DNA of 64,000 nt from Octopus sinensis (lineage: Eukaryota), in NCBI RefSeq assembly GCF_006345805.1, contig NC_042999.1, forward strand, positions 173,476,001 through 173,540,000. The letters run 5' to 3'. The position numbers were made by a program, and so were the translations under genes. Under the pieces are notes generated by a model. That model worked only from the letters and a program-made list of their open reading frames with translations, was not told where the DNA came from and made no database searches. Of this stretch, positions 53,281 through 64,000 are shown in pieces. Position 1 is the first letter of the stretch. Every line of letters starts with the position of its first letter.

Positions 53281-53499
53281 TCAATTCAATTTGACGTACA
53301 GATTTTGTTTTTAACTAAACACTTAGAAACGTCCGATGCTGGTACAATGTGTCACATACGACAAGATTTACTCTTAATATTTTTGACAAAATTTTGCATT
53401 TTAGAAGTCATTTCGTCACAATTTACAGAGTGACGATGGATAAATTCGTGTTTGATAAACACGAAGTTTTAAAATACATCGATTTACCTTTAGAATGAA

Positions 53500-54500
53500 G
53501 GTAAGTCGATGTCTTTTAAAGATAGTTACACTAAAAATAAGGCAACTACTAGCAAAACTATTTGGTTGATTATTCCTTATGAGAAGCAAATTAAATCTAA
53601 TCTTCCTTTCCAGTGTCGGGAAGATATTATTAGGAATTTTCCAAAGAATTCGGTAATCAACTCGCACGCGGTTAGGATTAGTTTTTCTAACACAAAAAGC
53701 CTTTCATAAATTATCTCTTCACATAATATTAGTCTGTTAAATAAGAATCCAATTACTGAAAATAATAACGTTAATTTAGCTAATGCAAACCATCCCCTAG
53801 AAATATTAACAAGGTAATTGTCTCTGAAGACAATTCCAAAAGAATTAAGTTTATGTCTAGTAATTCTAGGACTAAAAACTCTATATACCAGTGCAAAATT
53901 ACTTCCAGTACCGATGTCTTTTTTTATATAGGTAGTTCTTCTTCTCAGTTATCTAAAAGAATTTATACTCATTACTCTACATTTAGGGATAGTAATAAAC
54001 GCAACAGTACAGGGCTTAATAAATTAATTTGTTATCTAAAAGACCATAATAAACAATTTAATTTAGATTGGTTGATTCTCTCCATTTCATTCCCATATGA
54101 TAAAGGTAAAGAATTCTACCAACTCTGTAATAGTGAACTATTTGGTATTCTATTTTCTAAGAATCCCCTTGTAAATACGTTTATAGAGCGTACTTATCGA
54201 TGTAAACATTGGTAGAAACATACCTTTAGTTCATATAAGTGATATCTACCAGTCTATATAATTTGAACATTGGTTTTTCTTACATTTCACTTCCACTAGA
54301 TATATCTATTTCCAAGCCTTTAAGCTTTTATTTTAATTCACATATCGCTCTATATTTCTCCTTTATTAGTTTTCTGCTTATTTCTTTCCTTTACCCCTCC
54401 TCTTTCTATAGGCTACCTTTGACGTTATATCTTCTAACGGTGTTTTGAAAAAGCTTAAAAGCGTTCCGTTCATCATTATACACATTCATCACATTCTGTT
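53500..54500 (+). mobile_element. Penelope-like element 3' portion with GIY-YIG endonuclease
   Basis: ORF 53853-54215: IYQCKI..FYIGSS..KRIYTHYSTF..RNSTGL..DWLILS..PY..LCNSE; upstream VRISFSNTKSL resembles the PLE KVSYS motif. Confidence 0.7.
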
Positions 54501-54914
54501 AAAATGTTTTATTGATGAGTTTGGTTATGCGTGTTCTCATCAGTAAGGGCACTAAAAATTAACATATAATTATGGGATAAACAACATCTCATCCTTATAC
54601 ATTAAATTTTTAAATCCACCACGCAAGTGCAGTTGTCAGCAGCAAATAAAAATGTCGACTTACTTCAAAGTTACTAAAAGCATATTACGAAAATATATAG
54701 GGTAGGAAAATTAGAGAAATTTTTCTACCAGTGGCTAGAATGCATAAAATGGTCAATAGACAACAAATTTTCATATAAAATTAGTGTACATTCATTCACA
54801 AAAGAGGTGAACCTACCAGGATACTTTACATGCTAGAAAGGAACAGATTTACGGGGCTATGGGGTGTTGGTCTCTTTCTCTCTCTCCCTCTCTCTCACTC
54901 TCTTTCTCCCCTTT

Positions 54915-55560
54915 CTCTCGATAATGTCACATACGTAACAGTCTAGTGGATTCACGTCTAGTAAGCTAGGCGGTTACGTATCTGGGAGAACACGATCAAG
55001 GAGAAAAACACCCATCCACACTTGTTTTGTCCTAACATATGAGACAGGGCACAAACTTTTTAGAAGACGTACAGTCTTTACTTGCGGACTTTGCCTAGCC
55101 AGGGCCCCACAACTTTCTCCAACGCGCTTGTGTACACAACGGTATTGAATTTTGAGCCCTGTGAAAAACGTGAGGAGGTATGACATCTTATTCGTTACTG
55201 ACGGCACCCAGAACCATCACAGATGTTGCAAAGTTTCCATGTATGACCGTTGGAACCACATTCGGATCTCTGCTTAACCGTCTTTTGCTCCTTCGGTTTA
55301 ACTTTCGTTCCTCATCGAAGTTTTTGTCATTGGACAAAAACCAAAACATTCCAGCCTCTTTTCTTCTAACTTGTTTAGCAAGGGTTTTGCAAGGATCGAA
55401 CTATGTTCACTTGTCACATTCGACATAAACTGAACTCTGAGTGCCATATCTGACTTTTACCGAATATCTTCATGCACAACTCTTTAGCTGCTGAAACTAA
55501 CTTAGAGGTCCTTTGTAATGGGGTTTCGGTTATGTTTTGGGCATTTTTGTACAAAGCTGT
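54915..55560 (-). mobile_element. Decayed Tc1/mariner (maT/DD37D-like) transposase, copy 1
   Basis: VVHEDIR, FLSNDKNFD..NRRSKR, SVMVLGAVSNE.DVIPPHVF, ALEKVVGPW, PPSLLDVNPLDCYV (degenerate WPPSSPDLNPLD). Confidence 0.75.
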
Positions 55561-55970
55561 GTTCTACTGGTTTTGACAATTTGTGCATGCAGAAGAAGAA
55601 GAAGAAAAAGAGAAGATATTTATTTTTTTAAATAGCATTCTGCGTTAGTTGGCAATAGCAGTCGAAGTAATCGATGTAATAGTCGGTGTTAGATTTGTAT
55701 TTAGTTGTGATTTTTCTCGATCACACATAAGAAGAAATAAAATATCAGGTGCGAAATTATTTAATATGTTCAACTGAAAGACAAAGAACAGTGGATAGTA
55801 AAATAACAATTAAAAAGGAAAGTGTGGAAAGCCAAAAAGTAAGTAATATATATTTGCTTTGAATTTTTGAAGTCATTATTTTATGCGTAATGCTTAAATT
55901 CATAGGATAAAAATAGTGATATAAGAAATCGATAAATAATGGTGGAAAGAACTTCCAAATATCTCACATT

Positions 55971-56059
<89 letters not shown>

Positions 56060-56071
56060 TTTCTCCCCTTT

Positions 56072-56717
56072 CTCTCGATAATGTCACATACGTAACAGTC
56101 TAGTGGATTCACGTCTAGTAAGCTAGGCGGTTACGTATCTGGGAGAACACGATCAAGGAGAAAAACACCCATCCACACTTGTTTTGTCCTAACATATGAG
56201 ACAGGGCACAAACTTTTTAGAAGACGTACAGTCTTTACTTGCGGACTTTGCCTAGCCAGGGCCCCACAACTTTCTCCAACGCGCTTGTGTACACAACGGT
56301 ATTGAATTTTGAGCCCTGTGAAAAACGTGAGGAGGTATGACATCTTATTCGTTACTGACGGCACCCAGAACCATCACAGATGTTGCAAAGTTTCCATGTA
56401 TGACCGTTGGAACCACATTCGGATCTCTGCTTAACCGTCTTTTGCTCCTTCGGTTTAACTTTCGTTCCTCATCGAAGTTTTTGTCATTGGACAAAAACCA
56501 AAACATTCCAGCCTCTTTTCTTCTAACTTGTTTAGCAAGGGTTTTGCAAGGATCGAACTATGTTCACTTGTCACATTCGACATAAACTGAACTCTGAGTG
56601 CCATATCTGACTTTTACCGAATATCTTCATGCACAACTCTTTAGCTGCTGAAACTAACTTAGAGGTCCTTTGTAATGGGGTTTCGGTTATGTTTTGGGCA
56701 TTTTTGTACAAAGCTGT
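56072..56717 (-). mobile_element. Same transposase remnant, copy 2 (made by the tandem duplication)
   Basis: Identical to copy 1. Confidence 0.75.
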
Positions 56718-57153
56718 GTTCTACTGGTTTTGACAATTTGTGCATGCAGAAGAAGAAGAAGAAAAAGAGAAGATATTTATTTTTTTAAATAGCATTCTGC
56801 GTTAGTTGGCAATAGCAGTCGAAGTAATCGATGTAATAGTCGGTGTTAGATTTGTATTTAGTTGTGATTTTTCTCGATCACACATAAGAAGAAATAAAAT
56901 ATCAGGTGCGAAATTATTTAATATGTTCAACTGAAAGACAAAGAACAGTGGATAGTAAAATAACAATTAAAAAGGAAAGTGTGGAAAGCCAAAAAGTAAG
57001 TAATATATATTTGCTTTGAATTTTTGAAGTCATTATTTTATGCGTAATGCTTAAATTCATAGGATAAAAATAGTGATATAAGAAATCGATAAATAATGGT
57101 GGAAAGAACTTCCAAATATCTCACATTGTACACACACACACACACACACACAC

Positions 57154-57209
<56 letters not shown>

Positions 57210-57384
57210 GCTCACACACACGCTCAAACACACATACTCGTATATATACATATACACATACACAAATACGCGCAAGCACGAAAACACGCATATGCGCAGA
57301 CACATTTATATGGCAAGAAAAGTTAGCAGTGTTAGAGATATTGGACTAGAAACAACGCATATAAAAAAAGAAAGAAAGAAAATG

Positions 57385-57545
57385 AAGAAGAAGAAGAAGA
57401 AGAAGAACAACAACAACAACAACAACAACAACAAGTAGTGGAAGAGGAAGAGGAAGAAGAAGAAGAAGAAGAAGAAGAAGAAGAAGAAGAAGAAGAAGAA
57501 GAAGAAGAAGAAGAAGAAGAAGAAGAAGAAGAAGAAGAAGAAGAA
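57385..57545. repeat. (GAA)n/(CAA)n microsatellite
   Basis: Direct reading. Confidence 0.95.
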
Positions 57546-58327
57546 AAGTAGACGAACAATTACAACAACAACATCAAAACATATTTGAAAAGATCAACCT
57601 AGTGATGTTGAGGAGGTAGGAGTAATGATGATAAGTGACATTGTGGAGATGGTTGCAGCGGTGATGGTTACTGGAGTAGGTTTATGGTTAACGATAAAGA
57701 TAAAAGAAATCGTGAAAGGTGTAGAAAGAACATTGTGAAGAATTATAATGTGGATAAAGATAAATCAAATAAGAGGCATAAAAGAAGAAAAAAAAATGAA
57801 AGGTAGATAAAAAGAGGGGTTTGAAAAAGTAGATGAAAAACAGAGGAACACCTCAAAACAACAAAAACGAAACAAATCTGTTTGAAGAATTACAAAACGT
57901 TTAAGATATAAGAACAGAATGTAGTAGAACAAGAGAATCGTGTAGTGGATAGAAAAACACTTGCAAGTGAAAAGATATCTCATAGGGTCGCAGTCGGGAT
58001 GCACGCAGTAATGTAGGCATTTGAACCTGGTGGAGTCCATCAACCTCCAGATTTTTGCGCAGCCGATTTCTTCCAGAGGAAAGAAAGAGAGAAAGGAAGC
58101 GAGCAACGAGAGAGAGGGGAGGGGGAGACTCATGCTAGATGGAATTTAATTCACAGTAGAGGAATCCAAGATTAAAACTGCAAGACATTCTCTCGAACGT
58201 TCTATTAAATGGCTGCCTTAACACACACACGCACATACACACGCATATACACACACACACACGCATACACACACACACGCGCGCATACACACACACACAC
58301 GCATTGCATATATATATATATATTTAT

Positions 58328-58560
58328 AGGGCGGTGAGTTGGTAGAAAAATTAGTGCGCCGGGCGAAATGCTTAGTGGTATTTCATCTGTCATTACGTTC
58401 TGAGTTCAAATTCCGCGGAGGTCGACTTTGCCTTTCATCCTTTCGGGGTCGATAAATAAAGTACCAGTTTCGCACTGGGGTCGATGAAATCGACTTAATT
58501 CCTTTGTCTGTCCTTGTTTGTCCCCTCTATGTTTAGCCCCTTGTGGGTAGTAAAGAAATA
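58328..58560 (+). mobile_element. Full-length family B SINE
   Basis: gggcggtgagttggtag..through..ccccttgtgggtagtaaagaaata. Confidence 0.9.
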
Positions 58561-60335
58561 TATGTATATATATATATATTATATATATATATATATATAT
58601 ACATACATAAAACCGAATTGATAGATTCCTAAATTCAAAAAATGTAGCATGAGCTCAACTTATCATACAGTTTAAGACTGTGCATAAATAGGATGAGTCT
58701 GACTTGATCAACAGGGGTGTATAAAATATGTAATGTATCTGATAATGTGCTCTTTTAATTTTGATCAGTAAGGTGTTTGCAAATTGAAAATAAATCTAAT
58801 TTTGACTGGGATAAATGAGGCTCGTTCTCAGTTGGTTGTTCAGATCAGGTAGTCTAATTAGTTACTTATCTTGTTCGGTACCCAATATAGCTAAGTCTAG
58901 CACAATGTATAGAAGTTATTACCTTGGCTTTGGTTATAATTCCCACGTTAAAGCCTCCAATGAAATTAAGAATGTGCTTATGGAATGGTGTTCATAAATT
59001 ACTTAAGAGAGAGCTCCCTTAGCTGAACGGAGTGCTTTGTAAATGGCAGCATTAGAAGTGTTTATATCATTCGTCAAGGGACACTTCGGCCTGTTGTAAT
59101 ATGTCAAAACAAAGAGATTTAGCTATACAGATTCTGCCGGTTGAAAGTAAGCCGATGGCTACGTGTTAATGATATGTCATAAATTTAATGAAAATAAGAA
59201 TTTCACTGAAATCTTTATTTCATCAGAATTTTCAGTAGTGCGATAGTTTTTTGGGGTTTTTTTTTTCATTTCAGCAGCAGGCACGACTCATGATGTAAAC
59301 AGTTTTACAAAGTAATCCAGACCAGCCACAATAACAATATCCTGATTCAGAAACTGTAAACACCTCACAAATCAGAATTAAATATCCGAAAATTCAAACG
59401 CATGCTCTAGTGTTTGTGAAACTTCTAACGATGAAATTCTTTCCTTCTGGCTCTCTCCCTCCCTCTCTGTCTCCTTCTCTCTCTCTATACATATATATGT
59501 ACATACATACATACACATACGAGCACATAGACTCATACACATAGACACACATGTATATGTGTGTATGTGTGTACGTGTGCATGCATGTATAAATATATCT
59601 TTTATTATCTTTTATCATTGTACTAGTTTCAGTCATTGGACCGTGACCTTGAAGAGCAGGAAACTTCAATTTTTTAAAACTCTTTTGAACATTCGTGGCG
59701 CGAAGGAGATCGCCAATTAAGAATCTGGTAGCAAATCTTCCTTGAGTATAAATTTTCAAAACTGGCTTTAGTTTTAAATTTAGATGTTCATTTTAGCTTT
59801 ATATTTACACGTCTGTTTAAATTTAACTTCAATGTCACATTGGAGGAGTAAGTGGCGTGTGTGGAAATTGTAAATATATATGAGTTTGCACATTTAAATC
59901 CGATATTGTTATGCCGAAATGGCTATCAAGGGTCTTCCTTAAATAAATGCAAAGGTACCACTTTTTTTGCCGTTGAAGGAATGAGAGATACAGAGTTTTG
60001 AGATGGCTTCCAATAATCAATGTTTTCAGTCGACGTTATTTTACTAATAAGTGTCCTCTGTAATCCATCATTTTTTATGCGACAATGTATTTGGAGACGA
60101 GAGTTATGAACAGTAATAACATCTCCTGAAAAACCAATTTTTTTTATAGTTAACTATCACGTAAAACGCATGCATTCAGTGGTTTAAGTGAAAGTTGTTG
60201 TCTAACCACAAAACGATGTAGATATATGGTATAGATATATTGAATCGATCGGAGCAATTTCTAATTGTATTAGATTTTCACCAGAAAAAGAATATCCAAC
60301 TTCTGACCAAGGTATATTCGTAGATTTATAAACTA

Positions 60336-62977
60336 CAAGCAGAAGTACCCGGCGTTGCTCGGGTTTCAAATACTACAATATTTTTGATACTTTGTAAAGT
60401 TCCTATGTCATAAATAACGTTAATGCCAACTTGTAACAAAATTGGTCGCTTATTGTAACGAAAGTATAACGAAATTGTCGCAAATTGTAACAAAATTGGT
60501 CGCCGGGTACAAATTTAGATGTTTCTTTTTAAGCTTTATATTTAGACGTCTGCTTAAATTTAACTTCAATGTCACATTGGAGGAATAAGTGGCATGTGTG
60601 GAAATTATAAGTATATATGAGTTCGTACATTTATTTCCGATATTTTAATGCTGAAATGGCTTTCAAGAGTCTTCTTCAAATAAATACAAAGGTACCGATC
60701 TGTATGCCGTTGAAGGAATTAGAGATACAGGGTTTTGAGATGGCTTCCAATAACCAAAGCGGTAACAGTTTGATACGAAGTCATGAGAAGGGCTTTAATG
60801 CATTCTCAGATGGTGTAATAATCATGTAGCCCTGAAAAGGGTTTTTTTGTTTTGTTGTTCTCACAGTGGTAACAATTTGATAAGAAGCCCTGAAAAGGGC
60901 TGTAATGCGTTCTCAGGTGGAGTAAGAATCGTATGTAAAGTGGCCCTGAAAAGGGCCTTTTTTTGTTTACACCGAAAGTAACGGAACTGTTGCTATAAAA
61001 TGTGAATCTCTGCGAAAACAGATGACAAACTTAGGTTGGACAAAGGAAAATAAACATGATTGAGGAAAGTTACTAACTTTGAAAGCATGACTACAGTAGC
61101 ACTCACCACATATCGGGTCTGCAAAGTTGCATTGGTGTAGTGGAGACACCGAGGTTCGCGAATTTGAAAGCAGTTGCCGCATGAACTCCCTACACCTCTC
61201 TGTAGACCACATTTTTTTTTTGTTTTGTCATTAGTGACAAGTACGAATATATTTTATTTGCTTCCAACTCTGGAGCATCCGATATATAACTGGCCATGAG
61301 AGAAACATGGCTCGCCCTCCTACTTTTGGCAGCCAAACCAGACTCTGTTTTACGACCAAGGCGTGTTCTTTTCTTATGTGGCATAGCGGTAGTATTGGAC
61401 TATGTTTAAATTGCGAGTTTTAAAAAACGGCCAAAAGGAATACTAAAAAACCAATTCGGCATGCTGTATAAAAAGTGAACAAACTAAACGTATTATTCAA
61501 AAAAAGTGGAAGCAAGGACAGACATTTAGCTATGTAGACATAATGACACTGAGTACAATATTTTTTTTAATGACACGTAAGCTAAAAACTGGTAGACGGC
61601 AACAGTATGAAAGAGTTAACTTAATTGAGTATGGGGACAACGAAAATTTTCAACAGAAAGTATGAGGTTAAAGCAATAATTTACCTCAAATGGTAGGCTT
61701 AACCTGTAAGCCGAAGCACGTATCAGATACGCACAAAAACGCATCAATAATTACTATTTGACACTGGCATGGTCAGGTGAATAGTGTTCCACCAATGAAA
61801 TTCAGTGGACAATCAATTGCGTTCACGCGCATAGGTCAAAGTTCATATTCACAGTTCATTAGCAGACCATTGACATGCCATAAACGAAAATGGTGATGAA
61901 AAGGGAACATTTTGATCATCGGCGATAATGGGGGTAGAGGAAGTGAGTAAACACTGAGGATGTGGTACAAGCAATCATTCACATCAAATAAGGGGCTGAA
62001 GTGGCGGGGATTCATGGCCGTAAGCGATAATGGGGGGGTAAGTAAACATCAATGTACAAACATCAAAAAACACGGTGCGCATTAATCGTGTTTGCGCCCA
62101 CATGTCAAAGGTCGTGTTCGCAGTTCATCCCATGGTATCATACCATGAACGCTGGGGGGTAATTAAAGAAAATATTTACTGAAATGGAGGGAGCCATCAA
62201 TTATCGTTGGAGATAATAGGGAGGAGAGTTAATGAAACACTGATGTACACAGACCAAATCAGCGAGGCAAAATTGACCCACAATCCTTGACGCTGAAGTT
62301 GTAAGCAAAAAACAAAGTTTAATCCAGTAAATTGCTAATTTCATGCGAATAAACTTGATAAAATAGTTTGATACAGTCAATGAAGTATGAGTAATATTCT
62401 TGCCAAATTTGGATCGAATCGGTTTTGGAAATGCGGACGTTATTGGCAAAAAAATAAAGAACTTTACACAGTTATTTGCAGATCTTTCCCATTCAATGCG
62501 GATTGATTTGACAAAAATTTAAGTTTTAAAAAATCCTTAAAGAATGAGTGAGTAATGTTTGTGCCAAATTTGAAGCGAATTGGTTGGAAACTGCAGAAGT
62601 TATTCGCAAAAAAAAAACAACTTTTACGCAGTTATTCACGGATTTTTCACAATTAACGCGGAGGACATTGGTAAAAATTTTCAGCGAAACAATTCTTATG
62701 TCATGCGTAATGTTCGTGTCAAATTTTGAGGAATCTCTTTAAACACCAGGGAGCTATGGGCAAAAAACTGGCTTCCTGAACAGTTATTCGCGGTTTTAGG
62801 TTATACGAGGTGTGTCTGGAAAATATAAAGTGGGTATTGACCGCTCTAGGAGCATAAGCTATCAGTGTGTCAAGTTTGAGCGAAAGCGGTTGAAAAATGT
62901 AGAAATACATAACACGAATACACACACACAGACACACAAACATCTTCTGTCTTATATATATATATATATATATATAT

Positions 62978-62982
<5 letters not shown>
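60336..62982 (-). mobile_element. Internally deleted non-autonomous Helitron
   Basis: 5' TC(TA)n-like end at 62982; 3' hairpin cccga-gcaacg-ccggg (60348-60363) then CTTG (consensus CTAG). At 61190-61384 the N-terminus MPHKKRTRLGRKT is fused to the helicase C-terminus SHGQLYIGCSRVG..TK.NVVYREV*. Repeated gccaaatttg..gaatcgg motifs at 62400-62900. Confidence 0.8.

Positions 62983-63070
<88 letters not shown>
62983..63070. repeat. (GATA)n microsatellite
   Basis: Direct reading. Confidence 0.95.
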
Positions 63071-63479
63071 AACGAAGAGTGAACTGATCAGCCTAATTTT
63101 GTACAACTGAAATTGCTGACAACGAGAATAAATAATTAATTCTTTGACAATAAGGGAATGATGTGGGTAATTTGAAATGAGACATAGTCTCGAAAGAAAC
63201 ATGTAATTTTAGTCTCATTCTGGTATAGCAGCATTTTCGCTCATTAATTTCACAATATTTTAAAGGTATTTTACTTTTGTCAATTGTGTTCGATCACACC
63301 AAAAGCGACAGCCACAACTTGTAGTATAATCTGATTCGTTTGTATTTAACACTTGCAGGTGTTGATTAGTAATTGATCCGACTACTAGTGGTCTGCTCTT
63401 AATGGAAATTAAATTTTAAGGTCTGGTGATATTATTGTTAGTGATGAATATGTGTGTATATATATATTCTATTATTTTA

Positions 63480-63845
63480 TTAGTTTCAGTAATTTGACTG
63501 CAGTCATGCTGTAGCAACGCCTTTAGTGGAACAAATCGATTCCAGGACTTATTCTTTGTAAGCCTAGTACATATTTTATCGATTTCATTTTCCGAACCAC
63601 TAGTTTATGGGGACGTAAACACAAAAGCAACGGTCGTCAAGGGATGGTGGGGGAAAGAAACACAAACACACAAACACATACGACGGGCTTCTTTCAGTTT
63701 CCGTCTACCAAATGAACTCACAGGGCTTTGGTCGGCCCGAGGCTATAGTAGAAGACTCTTGCCCAAGGTTTCACGCAGTAGGACTGAACCCAGAACCATG
63801 TTGTTGGTAAGCAAGCTACTTACCACACAGCCATGTCTGTGCCTA
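63480..63845 (-). mobile_element. SINE family A (diverged, near full length)
   Basis: Tail gtttcagtaatttgactgc to head acttaccacacagcc. Confidence 0.85.
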
Positions 63846-63877
63846 TAAGCCATAAGCCATGCCTACATATATATATA

Positions 63878-63931
<54 letters not shown>

Positions 63932-64000
63932 GTATATAAATATATATATATATTTATATATAATATATATATGTATGTATATATATGATTGATTTGATTT

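Larger units (their letters stand above)
54888..57201. repeat. Tandem duplication, period 1157 bp, junctions in (CT)n
   Basis: ORF pairs 54974/56131 and 55180/56337 have identical translations offset by 1157; no difference seen outside the microsatellites. Confidence 0.95.

Noticed and set aside
54440-54470. Hammerhead at the 3' end of the 53.5-54.5 kb Penelope
   Set aside because: Neither CUGANGA nor GAAA is intact.
59195-59240. Minus-strand CTGATGA...GAAAT
   Set aside because: No stem II adjacent to GAAA and no cleavage triplet; AT-rich chance match.

Overview
AT-rich, microsatellite-dense animal genomic DNA. The SINE families and repeat landscape suggest an octopus or other coleoid cephalopod; this is an inference and no search was run. 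No intact protein-coding gene is evident. 1-4.7 kb carries a frameshifted, stop-riddled minus-strand relic of an axonemal dynein heavy chain N-terminal stem (DNAH6/DNAH14-like). Several stop-sparse plus-strand frames with plausible splice sites (13-38 kb) may belong to a second, unidentified gene or pseudogene. The rest is transposon debris: an R4/Dong-type RLE LINE in (TAA)n, another RLE LINE family repeatedly abutting (CATA)n, an internally deleted Tx1/L1, three Penelope-like remnants (one with long inverted arms), mariner, maT and hAT remnants, two MITEs, an internally deleted Helitron and about 20 tRNA-derived SINEs of three families. The best candidate for a new system is a tandem repeat unit (8990-12850) joining a tRNA-like Pol III head, an (AAT)n tract and a degenerate minimal hammerhead ribozyme. 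It is retrozyme- or Sm-alpha-like, and its (AAT)n was itself targeted by the Dong LINE. Other oddities are a twin-priming-like SINE, two almost spacer-free palindromes and two tandem duplications bounded by microsatellites.
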